Positions 1 through 9,128 of a stretch of 64,000 bases of DNA are shown here, piece by piece. Numbering within the stretch: position 1 is the stretch's first letter; each line of letters opens with the position of its first letter. The notes beneath the pieces were generated by a model. The model saw only the letters and a program-made list of their open reading frames with translations. It was not told where the DNA came from and did no database searches. The position numbers were made by a program, and so were the translations under genes. Source of the DNA: Marine Group III euryarchaeote CG-Bathy1 (lineage in GTDB: Archaea > Thermoplasmatota > Poseidoniia > MGIII > CG-Epi1); contig MIYU01000012.1 in NCBI GenBank assembly GCA_001875425.1, positions 39,940-103,939 on the forward strand. Direction: 5' to 3'.

Positions 1-635
1 AAACCGGAATCTAGTCCTTCTTCACTACCTAGTAAATCCATTATTGTGGTTTCTTCTTTTGAATCATCTCTTTGGCGTTGTAAATCTTCTAGAGCATCTA
101 TTCTACTCAATGTATCTTCATATTCTTCATTCATAGATGTAATTTTTTCTAGTTGCTCATCCCTTTCAGTCTTCATTATGTAAGCCATTTGTTCTTGGAT
201 TTTGCTTAAATCTTCTCTGGCTGCGACTAAGCGTGATAAGGTCTCATGGAATTTTTCAGATAGTTTTTCGATATCAGGTTCTAGTGATTCTAATTCTGCT
301 ATCTCCTTTCTTTTTATTTCTTCTTCTAATTCGACTTCCAGAGCAGCTAAACGTTCTTCAGCTGCTAAATTTTGAGCCTTAACTAATATATCATTAAAAG
401 CTGAAAGATGTGATTCTAACTTAGTAGCGGTACGAGAAGCGTCGTAAGCTGAAATCTCGAGTAACTCTTCGGTATCTTGTAACTTTTCAAGAGTTGCTTC
501 TATTGAATCTAATCTATCTTGAGCACTAGCAGCTTCACCTTGGAATTTTCTTCTAGATGTGAATAAAACAATCAAACCTATCAAGAGCGCTACGACCAAA
601 TAACCGGCAACTAGCATCTGTGTGTTTTCGTCCAA
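1..635 (-). CDS. membrane-anchored coiled-coil protein; N-terminal part only, gene runs off the window start
   Basis: The minus-strand frame is open from position 1 up to TTG 635 (AGGAG 6-7 nt upstream) or ATG 617. The translation (MDENTQ)MLVAGYLVVALLIGLIVLF gives one N-terminal TM helix, followed by more than 180 aa of E/L/A/K-rich heptad-like sequence. It is absent from the supplied ORF track because no stop lies in the window. Confidence 0.5.
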   Translation of the reverse strand, partial: MDENTQMLVAGYLVVALLIGLIVLFTSRRKFQGEAASAQDRLDSIEATLEKLQDTEELLEISAYDASRTATKLESHLSAFNDILVKAQNLAAEERLAALEVELEEEIKRKEIAELESLEPDIEKLSEKFHETLSRLVAAREDLSKIQEQMAYIMKTERDEQLEKITSMNEEYEDTLSRIDALEDLQRQRDDSKEETTIMDLLGSEEGLDSG

Positions 636-703
636 AGTTAAATCTCCTTTTTGTGTACTAATCAAAATTTATGCGACTTAGTATTACATTACAGATGAGA
701 ATG

Positions 704-728
704 TTATTTAAATTTATGTGTTCTAAAA
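704..728. repeat. copy 1 of an imperfect direct repeat (TTATTTAAAT..ATGTGTTCTAAAA) in the long divergent intergenic region
   Basis: Read directly. The two copies share TTATTTAAAT plus ATGTTCTA..AAA with a few mismatches or indels. The copy starts are 63 nt apart. Confidence 0.5.
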
Positions 729-766
729 CGAAGGGGAAAAATTGAACTAAAAGACAAATATGATTT

Positions 767-793
767 TTATTTAAATGCATATGTTCTATAAAA
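767..793. repeat. copy 2 of the imperfect direct repeat (TTATTTAAATGCATATGTTCTATAAAA)
   Basis: Read directly; see copy 1. Confidence 0.5.
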
Positions 794-883
794 TTAGAAA
801 GAATAAAGATACAACTATTTCTTATTTTATAATACGAGAAGAAATAAATAAGAGCTGGAATCGGGAAGTGAGACTTTGTTACT

Positions 884-2251
884 ATGTTTGAATTAACGTT
901 GGATGGGCAGGCACTCAAGATTTCGTCATCGGGAGATGGGAATTCTATTGTGATTGCAGATAGAAATGGGAATCTTAATTTTGTAAATCAAAATAGAGAA
1001 GTTGTTTGGAAGAAGGAGATGAAGGAAGGATTATGCTGCGTTAATATTACAGATAAGGGAGATAAGATTTTTTTTGGTGGAAAGGATTGTCGAATGACGG
1101 CGTTGAATTCTAATGGTAATTTAGAATGGGAACGTGAAATAGGAAAAACCATATGGTCAATTAGTACCGATTCTGAAGGGAAATACATAGCAGTAGGAAC
1201 TGGTGATTCAATAGGATTGTATAGTTCTAATGGAGATAAAATATGGGAATATGAAACAGATAGAGCAATGATAGGGGTTTCAATGTCTAGAGGGGCAGAA
1301 AAGATTGTGGCGTGTGGAGATGAATTCTTATTCCTTATAGATCGGAATGGTAATCTCATATTCAAACAACAGAAAGATGATTCTTTGTGGGATGTAGATA
1401 TAAATGAGATTGGAAATAAAATATATTTGGGGGGTTGGGATAAAAAAATATATTGTTTGAATGAAAATGGAGAAACTGTTTGGAATTATCAGACTGGAGG
1501 TTACATAAGGAGTCTAGAATCATTGAGTGATGGAAAGATTATAGCCGGCTCTCATGACAAAAATGCATACGTATTATCAAACAATGGTGAATTGATTAAG
1601 AAAAATGAATTTACTAATGAAGTTGTCTGTGTTGCAGCAGCCAGAGAAGGAGAGTTCTTATTTGCAGGTAGTGGGGAAAAAGTTGCATGTTTTGATATTG
1701 GTATGAATGTAGAAAATAAAGTGAATGAATATGAAAGAAACACAGAATATAGGGCTGTAAATGAACCGGTGAATGAACCTGAGGATGGACCTGTATTTAA
1801 TTTTGGTATTTTCGATGGACCGCTTCCAGACACTAGTGGATTTGAAAGTTATGAAAATAGTGACTTTACAGAATCTTCCACTACTGGAATGCAGAGTGTA
1901 ACTGAAGAAGGTGGTGAGTTCTCACAATTCATAGCAGATGTAGGAAAAGAGGATGTTCGAACTTATTTGAGATTAGGACATGCTTGTTGGAAGGAAGGTC
2001 GATTAGAGAGATCAAAAGAACATTATCAAAAAGCTACTGAAATCAATCCAGAAGAGCCCAGAGGTTGGCATAATTTATCTGTGTGTGAATATTATATTTC
2101 TCTAAAAGCCAATCCAAATGATTACGAAGGTGCGATTAAAAAATCATACAAAACACTTGAAAAATCTAGAATGCCAGAATATAGTCAAGCCGGTAAAACA
2201 TTGAAAATATTGGCAGATATATTAGATGCTGAAACTGAATTAGACGATTGA
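884..2251 (+). CDS. PQQ-like/BamB-like beta-propeller repeat protein with C-terminal TPR-like region
   Basis: 455-aa ORF. It has at least six ~40-aa blades, each with an NG(N/D/E)x(I/L/V)(W/F) motif (NGNLNF, NGNLEWE, NGDKIWEY, NGNLIFK, NGETVWNY, NGELIKK). An acidic linker follows, then TPR-like helices (YLRLGHACWKEGRLERSKEHYQKATEINPEEP). No signal peptide is visible. Confidence 0.6.
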   Translation: MFELTLDGQALKISSSGDGNSIVIADRNGNLNFVNQNREVVWKKEMKEGLCCVNITDKGDKIFFGGKDCRMTALNSNGNLEWEREIGKTIWSISTDSEGKYIAVGTGDSIGLYSSNGDKIWEYETDRAMIGVSMSRGAEKIVACGDEFLFLIDRNGNLIFKQQKDDSLWDVDINEIGNKIYLGGWDKKIYCLNENGETVWNYQTGGYIRSLESLSDGKIIAGSHDKNAYVLSNNGELIKKNEFTNEVVCVAAAREGEFLFAGSGEKVACFDIGMNVENKVNEYERNTEYRAVNEPVNEPEDGPVFNFGIFDGPLPDTSGFESYENSDFTESSTTGMQSVTEEGGEFSQFIADVGKEDVRTYLRLGHACWKEGRLERSKEHYQKATEINPEEPRGWHNLSVCEYYISLKANPNDYEGAIKKSYKTLEKSRMPEYSQAGKTLKILADILDAETELDD

Positions 2252-3430
2252 AACTTCTGTTGAAATTGCAATATAATATGTGTAAATAACTGAAAGTGTA
2301 AAATTATTCCCATCATCTGGATCGAAAAAGAAACCTAAAACATCATCAGGTGAAGCATGTATGCAAGTAACATCTATTGTCCAGTTATTATGACCAGTTT
2401 CATTTGATGGAAAGTTATTTTCAAGCCAAGTCCAAACACCAGAACTGGTTTCAAATTGATACGCGCCGACATCGTTTGGAATACTGCTCATATTTTCATA
2501 ATACCCTTCTATGTATTCGCCATTACTTTGTTCAGAAAAATCACTAACGTCATTTATTTCAGACGCGTTGATTGACAATTCAAATGTATCTGGGAAAAAA
2601 ATACCGAAAATAGAAGCGATTGCATCAATAGCTGCCTGGCTAAAACCTAAATTTTGTAAATCCTCTAAAGTTTGAATATCATCATTCCATTCTAGAATTA
2701 TTCTTACGCTAGTTAGATTACTATGACCTAGCCAGATAGTTGTATTGGTTTCACCCTCTAACAAACGATTAGGGGGGTGAGTGAGGGTGATGTTTGATTC
2801 TACTTCTTGAAAAGTGATATTATATTCATAATTTTTTACAATCGCCCATGATAGTGTAGAAGAAGATATATTTCTTTCATCTGTTACTGTTAAATTTATT
2901 GTATAGTTTCCTGCGGCAACGTATGTATGATTCGTATACATGCCCGTACCAGACAACCCGTCACCGAAATTCCAACTATAATTCAAAGGAGATCCTTCCG
3001 GATCCGAAGAATCATTTCCATAAAAGAAAAATTGTGTATTTACCCTGCCTAATTGAATATAACCGGCTTCGTTCACAATATAGGATGAAGCTACAGGCGG
3101 TAGATTTGGATAAAGCACCTCTATCTCTTTTGCATATTGACCTGTGGCTCCATTACTAGCTATTACCGTTAGAGATACTTCAAAAATGCCCTCTGTTGAA
3201 TAAACATGTTCTGCTGTTGTTCCTCCTGCGCCTGAACCGTCGCCAAATGTCCATAAAAATGAACTACCTGAAGGATAATCTGAGCGGTTTGTAGTGAAAA
3301 CTATGACTTCGCCTCGAACTATTTCTTCATTTTCTATAGTGAATATAACATCACCTATTTCTGTAGGATTGTCGTTCAAACAACCGGCCGTCAGCGATAA
3401 AACTATCAGAACTGAAAGAGCTTTACTCAC
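2240..3430 (-). CDS. secreted PKD-domain lipoprotein (probable surface glycoprotein)
   Basis: GTG start. The signal peptide ends in the lipobox-like LTAGC. There are two PKD-type motifs (WTFGDGSGAGGTTAEHVYSTEGIFEVSLTV and WNFGDGLSGTGMYTNHTYVAAGNYTINLTVTD). I counted 16 N-x-S/T sequons in 396 aa. Confidence 0.7.
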   Translation of the reverse strand: MSKALSVLIVLSLTAGCLNDNPTEIGDVIFTIENEEIVRGEVIVFTTNRSDYPSGSSFLWTFGDGSGAGGTTAEHVYSTEGIFEVSLTVIASNGATGQYAKEIEVLYPNLPPVASSYIVNEAGYIQLGRVNTQFFFYGNDSSDPEGSPLNYSWNFGDGLSGTGMYTNHTYVAAGNYTINLTVTDERNISSSTLSWAIVKNYEYNITFQEVESNITLTHPPNRLLEGETNTTIWLGHSNLTSVRIILEWNDDIQTLEDLQNLGFSQAAIDAIASIFGIFFPDTFELSINASEINDVSDFSEQSNGEYIEGYYENMSSIPNDVGAYQFETSSGVWTWLENNFPSNETGHNNWTIDVTCIHASPDDVLGFFFDPDDGNNFTLSVIYTYYIAISTEVSIV

Positions 3431-3543
3431 AAAAACCTATTTTTCCTCTATTTAAGTAATTAAAGGTTGAACTTGAAATCTAGAAGAGAAATGACCCATA
3501 TCCTTTTAGAGGTATGTAATCGATGGTGGAAGAGTGATATTTT

Positions 3544-4257
3544 ATGCAACCAGGACACATGGCTTATGACCGCGCAATAACAGTGTTTTCACCTGATGGA
3601 AGATTATTTCAGGTTGAATATGCTAGAGAAGCTGTAAAAAGAGGAACGACTACAGTAGGAATAAAATACAAAGATGGTGTTGTTTTACTAGTTGAAAAGA
3701 GAGTCGGATCTAGGTTAGTGGAGCCTGACAGTATAGAGAAAGTTTTCAAAATCGATGGAAATGTTGGTTGTGCGACTTCGGGATTGGTGGCTGATGCGAG
3801 ATCCCTAGTAGACAGAGCCAGAGTAGAATGTCAAACAAATCGATTCAATTATGGAGAAGAAATGCCTATTGAGGCATTGGTGAAGAAACTTTGTGACTTT
3901 AAACAATCATATACACAATACGGAGGTGTTAGACCGTTTGGTACTGCATTACTTGTAGCAGGTGTTGATGAGTATGGGGCACACCTTTACGAAACTGATC
4001 CATCTGGTGCAATGACATCGTATAAAGCTATTGGAATTGGTGCAGGTAGGAATGAAGTAGGAGAAATTTTTGAAGAAGAATATAAAGAAGGAATGACGGT
4101 TAAGCAGGCGATTGGTTTAGGAGTTAAAGCCTTGAAAAAAGCTAATGAAGAGAAATTTGATATTAAAAATGTAGAAATAGCAGATGTTTCAAAAGATAAG
4201 GGATTTCACAATCTAAGTCCTGAAGAAATTAAGAAACACTCGTCTGGCAAAAATTAG
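3544..4257 (+). CDS. psmA: 20S proteasome subunit alpha
   Basis: The N-terminus YDRAITVFSPDGRLFQVEYAREAVKRG is the classic alpha-subunit signature. The protein is 237 aa and is the first gene of the conserved archaeal proteasome/exosome superoperon. Confidence 0.95.
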   Translation: MQPGHMAYDRAITVFSPDGRLFQVEYAREAVKRGTTTVGIKYKDGVVLLVEKRVGSRLVEPDSIEKVFKIDGNVGCATSGLVADARSLVDRARVECQTNRFNYGEEMPIEALVKKLCDFKQSYTQYGGVRPFGTALLVAGVDEYGAHLYETDPSGAMTSYKAIGIGAGRNEVGEIFEEEYKEGMTVKQAIGLGVKALKKANEEKFDIKNVEIADVSKDKGFHNLSPEEIKKHSSGKN

Positions 4258-4956
4258 ATGGTAACCGTAGAAGAAGCGGTGATAGCCAGAATAGAAACTG
4301 GTGGACAGAAATTTGAGATTTTGATTGATCCGGATGCTGCGGAAAAATATAAAGAAAGTAAAGAGATAGACTGGGAAGAAGCATTAGTTACAGATGAAAT
4401 TTGGAGTGATTCGAAAAAAGGAGATAGGCCTTCAGAAGAGGCCATAGATGAAGCGTTTGGAACTTTAGAAAAGATAGAGATTTTTGAGACTATATTGAAT
4501 AGAGGGAATATTCAATTAACTACTGAGCAGAGAAGAAATTTAGTTGAAAGAAAGAGTAAACGAATTATTGCTCAGATAGTTGCTAATGCTATGAATCCGC
4601 AAACTGAATCACCACACCCCCCTCAAAGAATAGAAAATGCACTAAATGAAGCTAGATTTGTTGTTGATCCTTTTGCCAGTGTTGAGATACAAGTAGAACG
4701 AGCAGTTAATGAAATAAAAATGAAAATACCTATATCGATGGAATCCTTCGATGTAGCTGTGAAAGTACCTAGTAGATACGTTGGAAAAAGTTATGGAGAA
4801 ATAAAGGAATTGAGTAAAAGAATTAAAAATGAGGAGTATATGAATGATGGAACTTGGATAGCTGTAATTGATATTGCTGCAGGCTCTTACAAGAAATTAA
4901 CAGACAGATTAAACAGTATAACTAAGGGAGATGTAGAGACAAAGATTTTAAATTGA
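4258..4956 (+). CDS. SBDS/Sdo1-family ribosome maturation protein
   Basis: The N-terminus IARIETGGQKFEILIDPDAAEKY is SBDS-like. The protein is 232 aa. It sits between psmA and rrp4 as in other archaea, and its ATG directly follows the psmA TAG. Confidence 0.85.
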   Translation: MVTVEEAVIARIETGGQKFEILIDPDAAEKYKESKEIDWEEALVTDEIWSDSKKGDRPSEEAIDEAFGTLEKIEIFETILNRGNIQLTTEQRRNLVERKSKRIIAQIVANAMNPQTESPHPPQRIENALNEARFVVDPFASVEIQVERAVNEIKMKIPISMESFDVAVKVPSRYVGKSYGEIKELSKRIKNEEYMNDGTWIAVIDIAAGSYKKLTDRLNSITKGDVETKILN

Positions 4957-5010
4957 GTAGTCTAGGTCGATATCCACATAAGAAATAATAAAAAACGAGA
5001 TTTGGTTTAA

Positions 5011-5697
5011 ATGAATAGTAAAACAGACGCAGATAATAAAAGTATAAGTAAAGAGATATTTTTTCCGAATGACGAGATAGGTGTTTCGGGTAAAATTGGA
5101 GAAGGTGTCTTCAAAAAAGAGGATAAAATTTGTTCAGCTTTAGTAGGAACTGCAAAACAAAAAGGTAGCTACATTAGTGTCTCTGCAATGAAAGGAAGAT
5201 ACTATCCGAACGTTGGAGATGTTGTTATAGCTGTATGTAGCGGAATAGGTCCATCGCATTGGTATATGGATATAAATTCTTCAAGTGATGCTTTATTGCA
5301 TTTTTCAGAAACAGAATGGAAAGTTGGAATAGGTGAAACTTCAAAATTTATGAATATAGGTGATGCTTGTATAGCAGAAATATTCTTTTCGGGAACTGGT
5401 TCGTATCAGATTTCATTCAAGAAAGGTTTCATTGGTAGAAGGCTATATGCTGGAACTATTTTCAAAATTGAGTGTAAGAACGTATCAAAAGTCATAGGAA
5501 AACAAGGTGCGAATATAGAAATGATAAGAGAAAAAACGAATACCAGAATACAGATTGGACAGAATGGATTAATTTGGGTAGATGGGAGTACAGATGAAAT
5601 AGCTAAAGCTATGAGAGTAATAAAAATGATAAATACAGAAGAAGGAAAAATTGAAGGTACAGAAATGATAGAGAAATTTCTAAAAGGAGATAAATGA
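5011..5697 (+). CDS. rrp4: exosome complex RNA-binding subunit Rrp4 (S1 + KH)
   Basis: KH motif [30 protein letters not shown] preceded by an S1-like region. Operon position supports the call. Confidence 0.85.
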   Translation: MNSKTDADNKSISKEIFFPNDEIGVSGKIGEGVFKKEDKICSALVGTAKQKGSYISVSAMKGRYYPNVGDVVIAVCSGIGPSHWYMDINSSSDALLHFSETEWKVGIGETSKFMNIGDACIAEIFFSGTGSYQISFKKGFIGRRLYAGTIFKIECKNVSKVIGKQGANIEMIREKTNTRIQIGQNGLIWVDGSTDEIAKAMRVIKMINTEEGKIEGTEMIEKFLKGDK

Positions 5698-5701
5698 TAT
5701 A

Positions 5702-6424
5702 ATGGGTGGAAAATTTGACAAAGAATTTATAGATAAAAAAGGAAAAAGAATGGATGGTAGGGCTCCAAACGAGTTAAGGCCTTTGAAAATAGAAGCAGGT
5801 GTTTTAGATGAAGCAGATGGGTCTTCATACTTAGAATGGGGAAACAATAAAGTATATTGTGGAGTGTTTGGTCCTATTGAATGTCATCCTAGACATAAAC
5901 AGAAACCAGATAGAGCGATAATACAGGCCAGATACAACATGGCCCCGTTTAGTGTTGATGATAGAAAAAGACCTGGACTTGATAGGAGATCTACTGAGAT
6001 TGGTTTATTGATATCCGAAGCTCTTGAACGTGTAGTTATGGTTGAAAAATATCCAAAAGCTGCTATTCGAGTAGATATACAAGTTGTAGAAGCTCATGCA
6101 GGAACACGATGTGCGGCATTAACTGCAGCGAGTGTAGCTGTTGCTGATGCGGGAATACCAATGAAAGATTTAGTGCCATCATGCGCTACTGGAAAGGTAG
6201 ATGGAAAGGTAGTATTGGATTTGAATAAAGAAGAAGATAATTTTGGTGAAGCAGATTTGCCACTTGCAGTATTACCATCAACTGAAGAAGTGGTTCTAAT
6301 GCAAATGGATGGTGAATTAACACCTGAAGAATTTGAAGAAGCTTTCGATATGGCAATAGAAGGATGTAAACAGGTATATGAAATTCAAAGAGATGCATTG
6401 AAACGCAAATATGGAGGTAAATAA
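5702..6424 (+). CDS. rrp41: exosome complex exonuclease Rrp41 (RNase PH fold)
   Basis: [20 protein letters not shown]...[12 protein letters not shown] is an RNase PH-type N-terminus. 240 aa, with GGAG upstream of the start. Confidence 0.9.
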   Translation: MGGKFDKEFIDKKGKRMDGRAPNELRPLKIEAGVLDEADGSSYLEWGNNKVYCGVFGPIECHPRHKQKPDRAIIQARYNMAPFSVDDRKRPGLDRRSTEIGLLISEALERVVMVEKYPKAAIRVDIQVVEAHAGTRCAALTAASVAVADAGIPMKDLVPSCATGKVDGKVVLDLNKEEDNFGEADLPLAVLPSTEEVVLMQMDGELTPEEFEEAFDMAIEGCKQVYEIQRDALKRKYGGK

Positions 6425-7222
6425 ATGGCTCAACAAGAGATTACTCCGAATTTGATGAAAGGATATTTAGAAGAATTGGCTTCTAAGGGAAAACGGATAG
6501 ATGGAAGAGATTTCGATGAATTTAGAGAAATAAAGGTTGAAAGTGGAATCATAGGAACTGCAGATGGATCTGCAATGGCAACACTTGGAAAAACAAAGGT
6601 AATTTGTGGAGTTAAATGTGTAATTGGTACACCGTATCCAGATTCACCAGATAGGGGGGCAATGATGACCTCTGTAGAATTAGCACCTTTATCATTTCTT
6701 GGTTTTGAAGCAGGCCCACCGCGTGAAAACAGTATTGAATTAGCAAGAGTTGTAGATAGAGGAATAAGGGAATCTGGAATGATAGATTTTGAACAATTGT
6801 GCATAGAAGAGGGGGAGAAAATATGGATGGCTTGTATTGATTTACATATAATGGACCATGGAGGGAATTTATTTGATTGTTGTACTGCAGCAGCAGTAGC
6901 TGCCCTGCATCAAACAATGATACCGAATGTACAATATAATGTAGGAGAAAAACCTAAAGACGAAAAAATGAATATTTCTCTAAAACCGATAACGTGTACA
7001 TTTGCAAAGATTGGTGAGGCAGTTGTTTTGGATCCTAACCTAGATGAAGAAAAAGTAATGAGTGCGAGACTTACTGTATCGCATGATGAAAACGGTGTTA
7101 TGAGGGCTATGCAAAAAGGAAAGAATGGTGCTTTTACTGTAACAGAAGTTAAAGAAGCCGTTCTCAAAGCAAGAGAAAAGGATAATATAGTTCGTAAAGC
7201 AATAGAGGAATCTTTCAAATGA
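6425..7222 (+). CDS. rrp42: exosome complex subunit Rrp42 (RNase PH-like)
   Basis: KRIDGRDFDEFREIKVESG...DGSAMATLGKTKV. 265 aa. The ATG immediately follows the rrp41 TAA. Confidence 0.9.
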   Translation: MAQQEITPNLMKGYLEELASKGKRIDGRDFDEFREIKVESGIIGTADGSAMATLGKTKVICGVKCVIGTPYPDSPDRGAMMTSVELAPLSFLGFEAGPPRENSIELARVVDRGIRESGMIDFEQLCIEEGEKIWMACIDLHIMDHGGNLFDCCTAAAVAALHQTMIPNVQYNVGEKPKDEKMNISLKPITCTFAKIGEAVVLDPNLDEEKVMSARLTVSHDENGVMRAMQKGKNGAFTVTEVKEAVLKAREKDNIVRKAIEESFK

Positions 7223-7449
7223 GCTCTGGAACGAAAAAAGCAGGAAGTACTGGTAGACTAGGGGCCAAATATGGAGTCTCTGTAAGGAGAAAGATTGGAG
7301 AAGTTGAAAAAAAGCAGAAAAGAAACCATGAATGCCCACAATGTACACATGTTAAAGTAAAAAGAGTGTCAACTGGAATATATGAATGTAAACATTGTGA
7401 TTATAAATACGCTAGTGGTGCATATTACCCAACAATGGGGGATAATTAA
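7219..7449 (+). CDS. rpl37ae: 50S ribosomal protein L37Ae (eL43)
   Basis: GSTGRLGAKYGVSVRRK plus a C4 zinc ribbon (CPQC...CKHC). ATGA overlap with the rrp42 stop. Confidence 0.9.
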   Translation: MSSGTKKAGSTGRLGAKYGVSVRRKIGEVEKKQKRNHECPQCTHVKVKRVSTGIYECKHCDYKYASGAYYPTMGDN

Positions 7450-7589
7450 TGGTCCAATATAGATGTTCTAATTGTAAAACGCAATTAGAAATGGATCTAG
7501 AAACACTGGGTTTAACTTGTAGGAAATGTGGAAATAAGATTTTTTACAAGAAACGGCCTGCTAGTAAAAAAACGGTAACGACTGATTAA
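7449..7589 (+). CDS. rpoP: DNA-directed RNA polymerase subunit P (Rpo12/RpoP)
   Basis: I translated this 46-codon ORF by hand because it is below the ORF-track cutoff: MVQYRCSNCKTQLEMDLETLGLTCRKCGNKIFYKKRPASKKTVTTD. It has a CxxC...CxxC zinc ribbon and TAATG overlaps with both neighbours. The position after L37Ae is conserved in archaea. Confidence 0.8.
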   Translation: MVQYRCSNCKTQLEMDLETLGLTCRKCGNKIFYKKRPASKKTVTTD

Positions 7590-7813
7590 TGAAAGCTGTT
7601 GTTAACTTACGAACAGGTAAGACAACGGAAACGATAGTTAGAGCTCTTAAGCCAGAAGCTGAAGGCGATATACCAAAAGTTAAAATTAATGTAGAGAATA
7701 TAGGTAATCGTCTAAGAATGGAAATAGAAGCTGAAACTATTTCAAGTTTGAGAGCGTGTTTAAATTCCTTTCTTGGTTGGGCTGAATGCGCACATGAAGT
7801 AGCGAGGAAGTAA
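7589..7813 (+). CDS. pcc1: KEOPS complex subunit Pcc1-like
   Basis: 74 aa. It has ...IVRALKPEA...L.MEIEAETISSLRACLNSFLGWAECAHEV (a Pcc1/CTAG-type LRAxLNSxLxW motif) and the usual superoperon position. Confidence 0.7.
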   Translation: MKAVVNLRTGKTTETIVRALKPEAEGDIPKVKINVENIGNRLRMEIEAETISSLRACLNSFLGWAECAHEVARK

Positions 7814-7817
7814 AAAA

Positions 7818-8192
7818 ATGGAAACAATTGAAGAAATGCAACAACAGATGGCTTATTTTCAACAGCTTCAACAGAGATTTCAAATGTTATCTCAACAACA
7901 AAGCCAAATGGAAATTGGACTAAGCGAAATAGAAAAAACTATAGAAGATGTTAAGAAATTAGATTCGAAAAATACGATATATAGAGCATCTGGTTCCGTT
8001 ATGATTAAAGTTGAAAATTTTAAGAAACTTCTAAAGGAGTTAGAAGAAGAAAGTGAATCTTTGGAATTGAGAACTAAAACCATTAAGAATGAAGTGGGAA
8101 AAATGAGTGAAGAAATGGAAAAAATTCAAAAGGAATTGATGCCAAAAATACAAAATCTCCAGAACTCTGGTGAAAAAAGTGTTTCCGAATAA
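7818..8192 (+). CDS. pfdB: prefoldin subunit beta
   Basis: 124 aa. Two long coiled-coil helices flank a central beta-hairpin region (IYRASGSVMIKV). Superoperon position supports the call. Confidence 0.8.
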   Translation: METIEEMQQQMAYFQQLQQRFQMLSQQQSQMEIGLSEIEKTIEDVKKLDSKNTIYRASGSVMIKVENFKKLLKELEEESESLELRTKTIKNEVGKMSEEMEKIQKELMPKIQNLQNSGEKSVSE

Positions 8193-9126
8193 ACAAAAAC
8201 TGAAAGAAGCGTTTGAGAAGCGAAAATTAATAATTTTGCACCATAATGCAGACGTTGATTGTGTTGGCTCTGCTATTGGAATTTATCACACCTTAAAGGA
8301 ATGTCAAATTTCACTATCGAATGGGATTAATTCGGGAGGAAAAAGTATTATGGAGAAAAGTGGTGTAGAATATTTACAAACACCCCCTGAAAAATGGGAT
8401 GGTACTGTTATTGTATTAGATACCGGAGAACCTGAAAGATGTGCACCTTTACCGAAAGCTGAAAAATTTGTAATAATAGATCATCATCAAAAAATTGGTA
8501 GTTGGGGGGCTAATGATACGATAATTAGTTTTCCAGATAAGACGAGTACTGCCGAAATTGTTTTTGAAATGATTAAATATATTGAAGAACCGATATCAGA
8601 CCTCTCTTTGAATCCATTATTGGCAGCAATATATGCAGACACTGGAAGTTTTCGTTATGCGAATGAAAATTCATTGAAAATTGCGAGTGAAATATGTAAT
8701 TTAGGAGCTGAGCCCCAAAAAGCAATGGAATTATTGAATAGAGAGGTTAAGGAAGACGAACGTATTGCATTACTGAAAGGAATGCAACGAATGAAGTGGA
8801 CTAATGAACGTAAATATGTAATCTGTACTTCTTTCGTAAATGCATATACATCTAATGTGGCAAAAAATATGATAAGAATGGGTGCAGATATTGGAATTGT
8901 ATTTTCTGAAAATAAAAAGGGCGAAGTGCAATTATCAACTAGATGTTCGTTGAAGGCTAAAGAAGGTGGAATTAATTTAGCTAAAATATTGAAGAATGTG
9001 AATTCATCATTTGGAGGATCAACGGGTGGCCATATTGGGGCAGCCGGTATGAAAGGAATGGGGGATGGAGAAGCTCTAACAGAAATGGTGAAACAAGAAT
9101 GTGTACGTATAATTAAAGGAAAATAG
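8170..9126 (+). CDS. DHH/DHHA1-family phosphoesterase (NrnA-like oligoribonuclease/pAp phosphatase type)
   Basis: Motifs HHNADVDCVGSA, LDTGEP, IIDHHQ and the DHHA1 motif GGSTGGHIGAAG. GTG start at 8170 (or 8179) overlaps the end of pfdB. Confidence 0.8.
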   Translation: MKKVFPNKQKLKEAFEKRKLIILHHNADVDCVGSAIGIYHTLKECQISLSNGINSGGKSIMEKSGVEYLQTPPEKWDGTVIVLDTGEPERCAPLPKAEKFVIIDHHQKIGSWGANDTIISFPDKTSTAEIVFEMIKYIEEPISDLSLNPLLAAIYADTGSFRYANENSLKIASEICNLGAEPQKAMELLNREVKEDERIALLKGMQRMKWTNERKYVICTSFVNAYTSNVAKNMIRMGADIGIVFSENKKGEVQLSTRCSLKAKEGGINLAKILKNVNSSFGGSTGGHIGAAGMKGMGDGEALTEMVKQECVRIIKGK

Positions 9127-9128
9127 AT

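Noticed and set aside
658-918. 86-aa minus-strand ORF in the long AT-rich spacer
   Set aside because: The translation is low-complexity (I/N/F/L-rich). It lies in a promoter-like AT-rich spacer and overlaps the start of the beta-propeller gene. It is most likely a chance ORF.
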